From: Negaprion brevirostris
Lineage: Eukaryota
Assembly: GCA_030324005.1 (NCBI GenBank)
Contig: JARDVH010000121.1
Location: forward strand, 53,723,397 to 53,787,396
Length of the DNA: 64,000 nucleotides
Direction: 5' to 3'
Within the stretch, counting starts at the first letter, position 1; each line of letters begins with the position of its first letter. Shown here in pieces: positions 51,607-64,000 of the stretch. Made by a program: the position numbers and the translations under genes. The notes beneath the pieces are model-generated. The model was not told the origin of the DNA. It was given only the letters and a program-made list of their open reading frames with translations, and did not search any database.

Positions 51607-53094
51607 ATATTTAACTGTCAAGGGACAGGGAACTATGGATTACATTAGGGAAGCAATCAAAGACCCATTACGGCTTATTTAGTACCACTTCTTTTGACAA
51701 TGGAATCACTGTAGAAAGTTGAGTGTCAAAGATAAACCCCTGCTTCATGCTCTGCCACCCAAATTCTCTTTTGGGCCTAAAATTGGCATCTAACATGCCA
51801 ATTCCTCCAGGTGGACACAACAAGTGCTTGGGCCTCCACTAGTGCCAATATATTGTCGCATGTTCCCCTGTCTCATAGGCAGAAGGAGATATTTTACCAA
51901 AAAATGGGTCCTGTGCAATGTTTTAAGACTAATTGGTGCAACAACTGGTTCAATGTCTGCCCCAAAGAGTGTTGGCCCCACTGCCAAACACTCCCAAAAA
52001 CGAGAGCAGAAAGTGGAGTATGCAGCCTGGAAGCAGGCAGTCAGAAAACAAGAACATATTAATTTCTACCTCGCTGCCTATTTACAGTAATTTTATTGCA
52101 GTGTTAATGTAAGCCTACTTGTGACAATAATAAATAAAGTTAAACGTAAACTTCTGCAGCTCCTGTACAAAAGGGCCACTTCGAAAAATTAAAACAAAAC
52201 AAATCCCTGTTATTTCTGACTTGTGACATTCAGGCTTTGATCCCAGTCTGGGTCCAAGCTGGACTCCCCTTCCACTGAGGTATCTTGTAGGAATAAAATG
52301 TGTGCCAGTATGACACTTGAACCCATCAGGATGAATGCACAATTTTGAATAAAAGATATTTTTATGAATTTGCAAGCAATTATCCCATAAAATCAGATTA
52401 ATCTAACGTTATTTTCTTAACTGCGTGGGCAATGGACTTTGTGAAGAGCGATTCATACAATTAATTTAAATAATATATTGTCCATTCACAGACCCCTCTA
52501 ATTTAACCCCTTAACTGGATCATTAAACAATAATTTGCACCTAAGTGTTCTCCAACAACTACTTCATTAATTGTTCCTCCAGTTGATAAGCTCATTGGGT
52601 AATCACTTAATATATTGTGCTAAGAAGCAATAGCATTTTATATCAGTGTGTTTTTTTGAATTGAACCTATGAGTTTTGTTATATCACAGCTATTCACCAA
52701 AGAACGTGTCGAATTTGGGCCAGAATTCTGAGTAAAAGCAAATGGGCGTTCATTTTAATTTTGACAGTAAACAGCACACAGCAGTGGTATTTTTGTCTGA
52801 TGTCATATTTTTTATTTTAAATTTATGAAGATCCTGTTGTGACAAACTATATTTCATTCAGCTTTCCTCTAAAATGTTCCCAGTGGAACGGTTATTTACG
52901 ACAGCCAGGAAGTTGTCCAATAATAGTGTTTCTGTACAAAAGGGCACTAGCACAAGTTTGCTTGAATGGTTCTTCCTGTTGTCTATGAGTGTTCGAAACC
53001 AATATGGACCACCTTTTGTGAATAGCATATGCAAGCTCTATTCTGTTCAATTTCTCAGAGGCTAAATTTCTACACTTTTAGTGGAAATTCATAG

Positions 53095-53515
53095 ACAACA
53101 CTCAAGAAGTGTGACACCATCCAAGACAAAACTGCCCGCTTAATTGGAACCCCTTCCACAGTCACTCATTCCCTCTGCCACCAATGAACAGCAGCAGCAC
53201 AATCTACAAGGTGCACTGAGACAGCACCTTCAAAACCCATGACTGTTCCCAATTAGAAAGACAAAGGTAGCAGACACAAGGGAATACCACCACCTGGAAG
53301 TTCCCTTTCAAGTCATTCACCACCCTGACTTGGAAATATATCTCCATTCCTCCATTGTCACTGGGTCAAAATCCTGGGATGCCCTCCCTAGGAACACTGT
53401 GTGTGTAACTATACCACACAGACTGCAGTGGTTCAAGAAGACATCACCTTCTCAGGGCAATTAGGAATGGGTAATGAATATTGGCATAGCCAGTGACACC
53501 GCATCCTGTAAATGA
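53095..53515 (+). mobile_element. 3' fragment of the LINE family at 10570-12505
   Basis: Colinear with 12125-12500; ends caccttctcagggcaattaggaatgggtaat. Confidence 0.75.
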
Positions 53516-53969
53516 TCTTTTAAAAACATAAGGAAGTAGTACTGAAATGAAATAAAAGTAACAAGAGTTGTTTGTTTCATGTTTCGAGGAGATTTGTGAG
53601 TATCAACACTCCAAAAATTTACAAACCTTATTCAAGTGGAAAAACAATTTAAGATTATTAATGAGAAAGTCATGCACTCTCTGACACTTGTTTTGAAATG
53701 CACACATTCTGCGTTCTTTCAATCTTAATGTGGATTAGTTTAATGACCAGATACAGGCAGGAGNNNNNNNNNTAGCTGAATGCATCAGCTAAAATGCATC
53801 CTGGTCCACACTTTCCAAAGAAGAGCAGAAGATACTTAAAGAAAAATGACAATAAAGTAGGTTTGTTTAGTTGCCACATTGGACAATCCTTTCCATTTAA
53901 AAATAGAAGATTTAAAGATTCAGGGCACAAAATATATATCCTCGAGGAAGGTTGAACATATACACTCAC

Positions 53970-54615
53970 AGAAAACATAGAAACTGAAATATAGAAACTA
54001 GAAGCAGGAGTAGGCCATTCGGCCCTTCCAACCTGCTCTACCATTCATTTTGATCATGGCTGATTATCAAACTCAATATCCTGATTCACCCCTACCCCCC
54101 GCATATCCCTTGATCCTTTTAGCCCTAAGAAGCTACATCTAATATCTTCTTGAAATCTTGACCTCTACTACTTTCTGTCGTAGTGAATTCACCACTCTCA
54201 CCACAGATTCACCACAATTCACAGATTCACTCTCACCACAATTGACCACAGATTCACCACTCTCTGGGTGAAGAAATTTTTCCTCACCTCAGTTCCAAAA
54301 GGTTTACCCCTCATCCTCAAACTATGACCCGTAGTTCTGGACTCCCCCACCACTGGGAACATTCTTTCTGAATCCACCCTGTCTAACCCTGTTAGAATTT
54401 TGAAAATTTCTCTGAGATCCCCACTCACCCTTCAAAACTCCAGTGAATATAATCCTAGCCAACTTAGACTCTCCTCATATGACAGATTTACTATCCCAGC
54501 AATCAGCCTGGTAGACCATTGCTGTATTCCCTCTATAGCAAAGACATCATTCCTCAGATAAGGACACCAAAACTGCACACAATACTCCAGGTGTGGCCTC
54601 ACCAATGCCTGATGC
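53970..54615 (-). mobile_element. CR1 LINE 3' end
   Basis: Minus strand encodes ALVRPHLEYCVQFW.PYL...LGLYSLEF and GDL.E.FKIL.GLDRVD.E.MFP...RT.GHSL, ending in an (agaaacat)-type microsatellite tail. Confidence 0.92.
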
Positions 54616-55059
54616 AAAATGTTGGCTTTTGATCTTTATAGCTTTATTTTGCCTAGTTCTTTGAAAGGAAAGCACATTCCAAGGGATGGAACAATGGCTG
54701 CCTGGGGGATGGCAGGGGGGAGGTCTTTGGAATCTCTCCTTCATAGTTTCTCACTGGGTCACTTCAAGAAAGTTGAAACTGACCATGGCAGAGGTTCTGG
54801 GCAGGATTCTCCAATTTGTCCATGGCCGCCCTGCTGCAAGTGAGAACGGGGAATTTGATATTTTAACCAAAACTCCATTTACATTCAGAGGCACTGGAGA
54901 ATCCCAGCTGCAGGAGAGGACAGAGATTTTCAGAGTCTACCCCAGTTGTGGAAGCATTGTGCTACTTCTACGATCCATGTACCTGAAGTTGTCATTGTAA
55001 TGCTATTGACGTTGCTATTTTGTAAAACATTTCCACGTGCAGATAGTTTGCGGGAGGTG

Positions 55060-55738
55060 GGGTGAAGCAAGGAGGATGAAGAAGAGGATTGGTGCAATGT
55101 CACAACCATATCTGACCTATGTCAGAAGGAAAACTGAAACTTATGAGAAAATGGGTCTTTCACTGACCACCTGGAAAAATGAGGCCCTCTTCCAACAGAA
55201 TAACATTCCTCCATCCCACAACTCCCATTGAATATGATCAACAGTGAGATCCTGGATGATGTAAACCATTTTCCATTACCCTTTCTCAACAAAGATCGAC
55301 ATAGATGATGAAATTCATCATCATCTCCAACGTGCCATCTCAGCCTTCAGCTAACTTGAGGAAAAGAATATTTGAGAATCTCAAACTCGAGACAAAGGTC
55401 ATATATACTTGATAGCAGTGTTCCCTGTGCACCCCATGCTTTGGAAACTTGGAAAACCTTAAGCAGGGGTGTTCCACTGATGGTTCTTCTCTAATCCTCT
55501 AATCCAGTAGTAAGAAAGGTGCTCCAACAGTAATTTCATATCTCAAGCAAACACCAAGGTGTTGATTACTTAAAAGCAGTTCTACTGGGCAGAACATTTG
55601 TATGTCTGACACCAGCCTCCAGAATCAACTCCTCCATTCAGAATGCAGTCACAACAGGACACTACTGGCAGAACCACTTCAGGGGTGTCCTCAAAGCATC
55701 CCCAAAGAGGTCAAATGTTCCGAGCGGCTCATGGGAAT
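55060..55738 (+). mobile_element. Decayed RTE-clade LINE ORF fragment
   Basis: INSEILDDVNHFP...DIDDEIHHHLQRAISAF...LRKRIFE remnant, typical of the RTE RT C-terminal region. Confidence 0.65.
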
Positions 55739-55739
55739 T

Positions 55740-56022
55740 AGAACATAGAGCAGTACAGAAACAGGCCCTTCAGCTGACCATGTTGTGCCAAACATAACGC
55801 CAGATTAAACTAACCCCTACTGCCTGCCCTTGGTCCATATCCCTCTGTTCCTTGCATACGCGTGTGCTTATCTAAAGGCCCCTTAAACACCCCTGTTGTA
55901 TCCACCTGCACCACCACCCCTGGCAGACACCTACCACTCTCTGTGTAAAAAACTTGCCCCTCACATCTCCTTTGAACTTTCCCTCTCTTACCTTAAGTGC
56001 ATGCCCCCTGGTATTAGACATT
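55740..56022 (-). mobile_element. CR1-type LINE 3' end
   Basis: agaacataga...aacaggcccttc tail and ccactctctgtgtaaaaaacttgcccc (FF.QRVV-like on the minus strand). Confidence 0.7.
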
Positions 56023-56024
56023 TT

Positions 56025-56150
56025 GGCCAGAATTCTCCCATCCCGCCCGCCATGGGAATTGTCAGGCAGGGGTACGACCCATGAAAAAGTCCATTGATCT
56101 TGGGCGGGATTCTCCAGTTTTGAAGAGAGCGTGGCCGGAAAATCCCACTC
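56025..56150. mobile_element. MITE-like short element (opposite orientation to 50301-50424)
   Basis: ggccagaattctccc...ggaaaatcccactc termini. Confidence 0.7.
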
Positions 56151-56190
56151 TGGGCTTGACTGTCACTGACTCATTGTTGTTCCAATATTG

Positions 56191-56408
56191 GTTAACACTG
56201 TATTGAAGTTACTGTGAAAATCCCCCAGTTACCACACTCCGGTGCCGGTTCGGTTACCGAATTTAGCATGGCCAATGCACCTAACCAGCAAGCCTTTCCG
56301 ATTGTGGAAGGAAACCAGAGTATCCGGGGGAAATCCACACAGACGAGGAGAAATTGCAGACTTTGCACTGACAGCAGCCCAAGCAGGAATCGAACCCGGG
56401 TCCCTGGC
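56191..56408 (-). mobile_element. HE1-like SINE, tail type B
   Basis: B tail, body and B-box (gggttcgattcc on the minus strand). Confidence 0.8.
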
Positions 56409-57166
56409 AAGTTCACCATGAAAAGGTTCCTGAGAAATTTGTCTCATGTTCTAAGGAGTAAGTCCAATGGCTTATCCAATTTTTGAGGAAAATCGGGATT
56501 ACTTTATTCGAATTTCCCCTTTGACTACAGTATCGTCAGCTAGCAGATATGTGCTTTAATTTATACCAAACTGCTTTCATGTGATAGTTGCTCTGGTTAT
56601 CCAGAATTCTCATCAAAGAATGTTTGAGGACAAAAACCCATTCCAAGGCAATTTAGCGATCACAGTGATCTTTCTCAGTAAAGTCACTGACATTTTATGA
56701 GGAAAAGCCTGGGCCAGTTCTACTTGTTCTTTGTCCCATAAAAAAAATTATTCACAGGAATCTGCTTATATTTAAATAGCTAGCATGATACACGCTGAGT
56801 CTATGAAGATCAATCTTTTATTTACAGCATGTAGTAAAAGTTTTGAAACACTTAGATTTTGTTCGCCAGGACATTATTTCCAGTGCAAAAATATGAAAAG
56901 ATCAAAGAAATGACTTCAAAGGAAATACTCTAAAAGGAGTACCTCTATTCCAAATGCCTGTTAATTTATCCCAAACACTTTTATCAGTTTAAGTACCAAA
57001 GGATTGAATGATTGCAACGCAGTATTGCAAAATTCTAAATGAGCACGTTTCATATGTTTACCCCCATCATTTCTCCATGTATCTAATACTTCCAAGGGGA
57101 TATCTTGAAATAAATTTGTGCATAAATCCAAAAATATTCAAAGGCTTATTCTGCTACTTATCCATC

Positions 57167-57590
57167 AGCAGCACGGTAGGTAGCACAGTGGTGAGCACTG
57201 TTGCCTCACAGCACCAGGGACCCAGGTTCGATTCCCAGCTTGCCTGNNNNNNNNNNNNNNNNNNNNNNNNNNNNNNNNNNNNNNNNNNNNNNNNNNNNNN
57301 NNNNNNNNNNNNNNNNNNNNNNNNNNNNNNNNNNNNNNNNNNNNNNACCAGGGACCCAGGTTCGATTCCCAGCTTGCCTGTACAGAGTCTGCATATTCTC
57401 CCCATGTCTGTGTGGGTTTACTCTGGGTGCTCTGGTTTCCTCCCACAGTCCAAAAGATGAGCTGTTGGCCATACTAAATTCTCCCTCAGTGTACTTCAAA
57501 CAGGTGCTGGAGTGTGGCGACTAGGGGATTTTCACAGTGACTTCATTGTAGTGTTAATGTAAGCCCATTTGTGGCACTAATAAATAAACT
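57167..57590 (+). mobile_element. HE1-like SINE, tail type B, with assembly gap
   Basis: gcagcacggtag..gcacagtggtgagcactg head, B-box ggttcgattcc and full B tail. Confidence 0.85.
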
Positions 57591-57774
57591 ATACAACCCA
57601 GTTGAAAAACAGCCATCTTCATGTGTAATGACCTTGTGTAGCTAATGAACTCAATGGCCATGATTATTAACATTGACTGTTTGTTAAAAGTTCAAATGCT
57701 TGCCATATTTCTGCTTCCTTAAGGCAGTGTTTGTAGTTCACCTCATCACATGAAAGAATGTCATTGTTAAGGAC

Positions 57775-58690
57775 AGCAGCAGCTTATGTCTGTGTAGCAC
57801 CTTTAATGTGACAAAACACCCCAACGCACTTCATAGAGCCATTATAAAACAAAATATGATGCTAACCCAGATAAGGAGACATGGGGGCAAATGACTAAAA
57901 ACTAGGCCAAAAAGGTATGTCTTAGGGAGTGTCTTGAACGACGAAAGCAGGGTTAAGTGGTAGAGGGGTTTAGGGAGGAAGCTCCAGAGCTTAGATGGTT
58001 GAAGGCATGGTCAACAGTTGTGAAACAATGAAAGTCAGGGATGTTCAAGCAGCAGAATTAAAGGAGCACAGATACCTTACAGAGATGTAGAGCTGGCAGA
58101 GATTACAGAGAGGCCAAACCATGGAAGGATAGCACTGCTGCCTCACAGCACCAGGGACCTGGGTTCGATTCCTGGCTTGGGTCACTGTCTGTGATGAGTT
58201 TGCACATTCTCCCCATGTTTGCATGGGTTTCCTCCGGGTGCTCCAGTTTCCTTCTACGTTCCAAAGATGTGCAGGTTAGATGGATCGGCCATGATAAATT
58301 GCCCCTTAGTGTCAGAGGGATTAGCAGGGTAAATATGTGGGGTTACAGGAATAGGGCCTGGATGGGTTCGCGGGCAGTGCGGACTCAGTGGGCTGAATGG
58401 CCTCCTTCTGTACTGTAGGGATTATTTGATTCTATGATATGAAAACAGAGAAGTTTAAAATCTAGGTGTCGCTTAACCAGAAGCCAGTGCAGGCCAATGA
58501 GGACAGGGGCAGTGAGTGAACAGTATTTGGTGCACAGTAGGACAGGGCTGCAGCTTTTAGGGTGCCCTCAAGTTTACAGAGAGTGGGAGGACAGCCAGCA
58601 GTGTGTCAGAATAGTCGAGTCAGAAAGCTACACCAACATTGATGAGGATTTCAGCAGCAGAAGAACTGTCGGAGTGGTGGAGAAGGTACA
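57775..58690 (-). mobile_element. Decayed L2-like LINE 3' region interrupted by a SINE
   Basis: tagcacctttaat...aaaacaccccaacgcacttca tail motif (also near 13490-13540) followed by purine-rich L2-type sequence. Confidence 0.5.
58130..58436 (+). mobile_element. HE1-like SINE, tail type A
   Basis: tagcactgctgcctcacagcaccagggacctgggttcgattcc...ggcctccttctgtactgtagggatt...ctatga. Confidence 0.9.
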
Positions 58691-58694
58691 ATGT

Positions 58695-59742
58695 TGGGGG
58701 CGATTCTCCAGCCCTGGTGCAAGTTATATTATGGTCAGAGCATCGAGCAAAATGGGCCAAACACGATTTGTGGCAGGGAGAACTCTTTTGGAATTCATCC
58801 TGCTGGGACATAATCTGATTCACTCCTAGTGGGGACATGAACCAGATTAGCATATTTAAATCATTATTTAAATATGCATTACTAGGTTTTAGCCGCATTT
58901 ACTCAGCTCCCGGTATTCACTGGCCCGCCGGCACAATGGGAAGCTGGCAAGAATCACGACTGGTCTCCATTTGTGACCATCAGCATGATGGCCATGCCAA
59001 GAGGCTCTTGGGTGGTCAGTGCCCTCACATTTTTGCACTGCCAACCTGGTTTTGCCCACCTAGCCTGATGCCTCGATGGAGGCATCCTCATGCCTGCATG
59101 GTGTGTGGGCTGGCCCAGACGGTTGGGGAGATTGTCCCTCCAGAGTCAAGATTTTGGGGTGTTCTCCATCTCTGCAGAGGGTTACGATGAATGTGGGGGG
59201 GTGGGGAGGAGGGGGAAACCTTCAACTTAACTTTGAGATTGGGGAACCCCGATCTCTGAGGACCCAGTCTTAAGGCGCCTTTCGGTCTTGCACATCACTT
59301 TGCCAGTGGGAATCTCCTCAAGTTCCAGAAAATGACTAATTGTGGGTAAATTGTGATCTGGATCACAATGACCCCCATGGGGGAATTCTCACTGCTTTTC
59401 CCATCAGAGATGACAGCCAGAATTCTCCGACCCTGCCGGTGGCTGGGATTCTCTGATCCCATTGAAGACAATGGTGTTTTGACAGGGTGCCAAATTCCCC
59501 ATTCTTTCTGACAGCAGGGCGAACAAGTTGGGAGAATCCCAGCCGACACTTAGTCATTTTTTGGGAGAATTTGGCCAATTATAGAGGTGGATGTAGGCTG
59601 AATGAGAGCCAGGTTCTCCAACCTCGCCGACAGCTGGGATTCTCCAGACCCACTGCAGCGACTGGAGCTTTGGCTGAGTGCCAAATTCACCATTCCCATT
59701 AACAGTGGCAGTGAGGCATGACCAGCTGGAGAATTCCAGCCT
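58695..59742. mobile_element. Cluster of MITE-like / non-autonomous DNA transposon copies
   Basis: Repeated GG(C/G)NNGATTCTCC and GGAGAAT(C/T)NNGCC motifs at about 58697, 59417, 59444, 59531, 59564, 59634 and 59727. Confidence 0.55.
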
Positions 59743-59859
59743 TGGTGATGGATACAGGGTTCATAATTCACCTTTGTGTTGAATGTGATATCAATGGTGT
59801 GACCAGTACTGGTTTACTCTTGGGAAGAGCAATAGAAATGGTGGCATGGGATGGAATTA

Positions 59860-60245
59860 AAGGATAGCAAATTTAAAACAGAGTTGAGGAGAAACAACTT
59901 CTCCCAGGTGGTTGTGAATCTGTGGAATTCGCTACCCCAAAGTGTGGTGGATGCTGGCACAGTGAGTACATTTAAGTAAATTTAGACAGATTTTTAATTG
60001 GTATTGGGNNNNNNNNNNNNNNNNNNNNNNNNNNNNNNNNNNNNNNNNNNNNNNNNNNNNNNNNNNNNNNNNNNNNNNNNNNNNNNNNNNNNNNNNNNNN
60101 NNNNNNNNTTTTTAATTGGTATTGGGTTGAAGGATTATGGGGAGAAGGCAGGAAAATGGGGATGAGGAGCATATCAGCCATGATCAAATGGCAGAGTAGA
60201 CCCAATGGGCCGGATGGCCTAATTCTGCTTCTATATCTTATGAAT
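59860..60245 (+). mobile_element. CR1 LINE 3' end with assembly gap
   Basis: RNNFSQVVVNLWNSLPQ.VVDA remnant and tail tgggccggatggcctaattctgct...tcttatg. Confidence 0.85.
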
Positions 60246-60575
60246 TTATGAATTAAGTGTGCTTCTGGCCAGGACCAGAGACAATTATTTAATTCCTCCC
60301 AATTTTCAAATGATGAAATTTCTGCGTATGCAGTGTTGAATATCTGATAAGCAATGTAACAATTTAAAGATAGTGATGGGGCCTGTGATGCGGAAGTAGA
60401 GTGGGTTGTTATAAGTGTACTTGTGGAAACTGACATGTTTGTGGGTTCCCAGAGGCAGGGGATAGATGAGAAATACAAGGGTAACCAAGAGTAGGCTGCA
60501 TTTGCAACGTGCAAGCAGATGTGTGTACTGGTAACCGCCTCCAAATTTCTCTTGGCATTCTCCCTTGCCTCAATG

Positions 60576-60916
60576 GGGTGGAATAGTGGTACAGTGGTTA
60601 GGACTGCTGTCTCACAGCGCCAGGGGCCCAGGTTCAATCCCAGCCTTGGGTGACTGTCTATGTGAAGTTTGCATGTTGTCCCCGGGTCTGCATGGGTTTC
60701 CTCTGTGCGCTCCACCCACACTCCAAAAGTGTGCAAGTTAGGTGGATTGCCCAAGCTAAATTGCCCCTTAGTGTCCCAAGTTATGGAGATCAGATGGATT
60801 AACTTTGGTAAATGTTTGGGGATAGCGTGGAGACAGGGCCTGGGTAAGATACTTTGTCAGGGAGTCAGTGCAGACTCGATAGACCAAGTGGTCTCCTAGG
60901 GATTCTATGATTCTAT
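60576..60916 (+). mobile_element. HE1-like SINE, tail type A
   Basis: Full head, body and gggattctatgattctat tail. Confidence 0.88.
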
Positions 60917-63422
60917 CTCTGGGGGGACACCAGAGGTTTCTTTGCATGAATGGAGGACAGGCCATTAATTGTGATTCTCTGGCTATGGTTAGATAGGTAA
61001 GAATATGGAACCAGGTGAATGTCATCTCATCCATTTGGTCGATACATAGAGAGGCATTGGAGGAGGATGTTGTGATCACCTATGTCAAAGGCTGCCAAAA
61101 GACTGAAAAGTACAAGGAGGGTGAGTTTGCCTTCATCATAGTCACATTGGGTGTCATTGGTGATCAACTTATTTTTGATGCCACCCAGTAATGACTGAGC
61201 TTACAGTTTTGGCATGTATTTTATCTCAGTCAATAAAGCTAAGAAAGCAGCAGTTCAATAAGGCACTAACCACCATCTTCTCCAGGGCAATTTTGGATGG
61301 GCAACAAATGCCTGAGACACCCACATCCTGTGAATGAACTAAAAAATGCAGCAATCAAGCTTAAATAAAGGATTATGAGCAGCATTGGTGTTACTGAGAT
61401 GTGTAAACCACAAATGAATGAAAGCAAGGTGAAAATCCAACGTCAAAAGTTCTCAAATGGCTAATCAGACATACTGACTTTACCTAACACATGCTTCCTC
61501 AGTGAACCATCCCAGCTTTGGGCCAGTTATCATATTCTAGTGAGTTCATAGAACATTGTTCATTACAAGTGACAAAGAACAACAAAGAATAAAAGATCTT
61601 TATTTGGTTTATGAAATAGTCACACCAGAAGATAAGTCCATGTAAGAGGTGTCATCTGAATTAGTCAGAAGTTCCTTTACGATGGATTTGGCATCATTTT
61701 TTTTTTAGACTTCAGAAATGCAGGAATAGGGGGCGGGAAAAAAATTGAGATTGTCAATTCAGATCAACTAAAGACCTCACACCCTACCCGCCGTGGTAAA
61801 ATTTACTACTGAAGTCAAAAAATATTTCAGAACTGAAGAATTGCTTTTATTTAATTTCTTATGACATAATGGCTAATGTCTTGTGGTCCAACATGCATGT
61901 GAATTGTGCGGAAGTCTAAACGTAAAACCATTTACCTAACAGAAAAATATTTGAGTATTGAAGTATCTGGTTTGAAAACATAACTTGTGCACTTTGGATT
62001 AATGTAAGCAATAACAGAAAAAGGGATTGTTATTGATCAACTTACTTGAGGAAGGAGCAAAAAGTCAGATTTTATTTAAGACTCCAGCTGAAAGCTAGTG
62101 AATAAGAGAATGTTACAAAGTGAAAAGAAATGCCATAGATAGCACCAAGATCTCAAGACACTGCCTACATAATATATGGATTATCATTAATTTTATACAT
62201 TACAATTGAGCACTAAAGCTACTGCTAACTATCTCTTGTGTATTTTAGGTGACATAAGAATAGGACAAAGCCAAAGATATGCATTTAACCATCAAATGTC
62301 TCACAAATTCGACCTTATAGTTGTAATCCCACAAAGATACGGAGAAAATTGCATTTTGGTGCCAATGGGTACATCAAAGATTTTGCATGCTTCAATGATT
62401 GTACCAATTGTCCTGCAAATGCAGTTGAACTTCTGCACACAATAGGCACAGTTCTAAACATTGATATTATCTGACAGAAAAATTGTGAGTTAAGTGTTTG
62501 CTGCAGGTATTTTATGCAAACCTTTTAAGCTTGAGAAGGACATTGAGCTGCAGACATTTTAGTTCTTTGGCAAGTTTCAACCACCAAGACGAGGACTTAA
62601 AAGCCTGTTGCCTCTCTTCAGAAATAGAAAATATGGCACCTCAGGTCCAACATTTGCACCCAGCTGAGCAGAGCTTGGAGCATCCTGCAGCTTCCGAGAT
62701 GGGCTTGCCGTTTTTTTCTGTCTTTGCGATCTCTTCTTCGTCACGTGTCAGTCACCAGCTGAAAAGTGAAGTATCTTCTTTACCCTGTTCACATTGATGT
62801 GTGAGGTGGTCTGGATGAACCAAGTTATGGTGCACCCTCAGATTGTCATTGTCTTCCTGCACCATCTCCTATGGGATACTTGAAGGCCCTGCACGATATT
62901 CAAGACGTGAATTTGAACTGTCAAGGTAAGAGTTTTTTTCAATAATCATGCATATAATCATGTTTCATTCACTGCTGACATGAAGTCAACATGGGTTTGC
63001 TTTATGCCATGTTTCTGTCTGATGTTTAATTCTGTCACCAGGAATCTGAGAGGTCCACATCTCCATCAGCCAAGATAGCTGAAACCCCACTTGTTTCCAA
63101 TGCTTTTCCTCTATAACTGTCAGTTGTAAGATGGCAACTCCAGTTCTCTGCCTCTCCCTCATGTTTCGTTTTCCTTTCTTTGGCTAGAAGAGACTTCCCA
63201 GAGAGGGTAATGTCAGTCTTTCTACAGACAGATGGAGAGCACGGTAACGCATTAAGATGAGCATAAGTGTCAACGATGGATGGACAGCATGAAGTGGGAG
63301 GAAGTGCATAGATAGAGAAGAGTGGATGCACCCTCAAGATATCTTTGCGTGAGGAGTGATATACTGGAGGAGGCTAAGGAAGGCAGGGAGTGTTGGCGTA
63401 AACCTATAAAGATGTCGGTGAA

Positions 63423-63860
63423 AGAAAGATTTGCATTTATATTGTGCCTTTCATGATCACTGGACATCTCAAAATTTTATCGTCTGTGTTGTACATCTGC
63501 AAGGTTGTGAATGATGCAATACAGAAAATGCCGATTTGACACAGCAAGTTCCCATAATCAGAAATTATATAATAACCAAATAATCTATTTTCATGATTGA
63601 TGTATATGTACTGGCCAGGACACCAAGAACAACTCCTGAGCCCTTCTTCAAAATGATGCTATAGGATCTTTTACATTCACATATGAGAGGAGATGGAACC
63701 TCAGTTTAAAGCCTTATCCAAAACATGCTCCTCTGACAACGTAGTACTAAATTAGCACCACACTGGAATGCCAACTGAGATTTTTGCACTCGGGTCCTAG
63801 TGCAGGACTTGAAGCTAGAACCACTTGACTCAGAACTGAGGGTAATACCAAGTAGGCCAA
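63423..63860 (-). mobile_element. DeuSINE (SacSINE1/AmnSINE-related)
   Basis: ggccaggacacc..gaacaactcc...cttcttcaaaat..tgc.at.ggatcttttacat.cac, resembling the Deu domain, with a tRNA-like head (gacttgaa...tgactcaga) and an L2-like tail (ttgcatttatat). Confidence 0.7.
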
Positions 63861-64000
63861 GCATTCAGCAGTCCTGTCCAGCTCAGATAATTCAAACGCT
63901 TTCGACAGTGAAATCAAAACTGTGGCATCACATCCCTGCTGCTAATCACGAGGGCAACCTCCTGTCACATCTTCTTAGTTTCACAGGCAGGCTCTATCCT

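Noticed and set aside
54180-54265. Short repeated units (caccacagattcac) resembling a spaced repeat array
   Set aside because: Slippage micro-duplications inside a CR1 fragment; no constant repeat/unique spacer structure, and CRISPR is not expected in vertebrate DNA.
57167-57246. tRNA-like A/B boxes (many copies across the window)
   Set aside because: These are SINE heads continuing into SINE bodies, not tRNA genes.
59972-60754. Longest ORF in the track (260 aa, minus strand)
   Set aside because: Runs through a SINE, unique DNA, a CR1 tail and an N gap; no coherent protein.

Overview
Vertebrate genomic DNA, almost certainly a shark or other elasmobranch, judged from abundant HE1/V-SINE-like and DeuSINE-like repeats and CR1/L2/RTE LINE debris. 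The window holds one complete protein-coding gene, gata5 (+ strand). Its six coding exons, join(23714..24221,29086..29252,30976..31101,35932..36019,40990..41114,43937..44101), give 1179 nt / 392 aa with two GATA zinc fingers, and every intron is GT-AG with consistent phases. A probable promoter and non-coding first exon lie at about 22.35-22.73 kb, and the 3' UTR runs to about 45.7 kb. Two CpG-retaining, transposon-poor domains (about 0.9-6.8 kb and 16.4-30.2 kb) alternate with CpG-depleted, repeat-rich DNA. The most unusual structure is a ~145-bp imperfect inverted duplication of the promoter-proximal segment (21926-22412) around an AT-rich microsatellite, with CpG decay confined to the distal arm. 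Other points: a miR-92 seed site in the 3' UTR, a shortened GATA5 N-terminus, one SINE body carrying two different 3' tails, a clustered MITE-like family, and decayed minisatellite arrays at the CpG-domain borders. The remaining ORFs in the supplied track are repeat-derived or spurious. I found no evidence for a wholly new protein-coding system. Repeat family names come from recall of consensus sequences and were not checked by database search.
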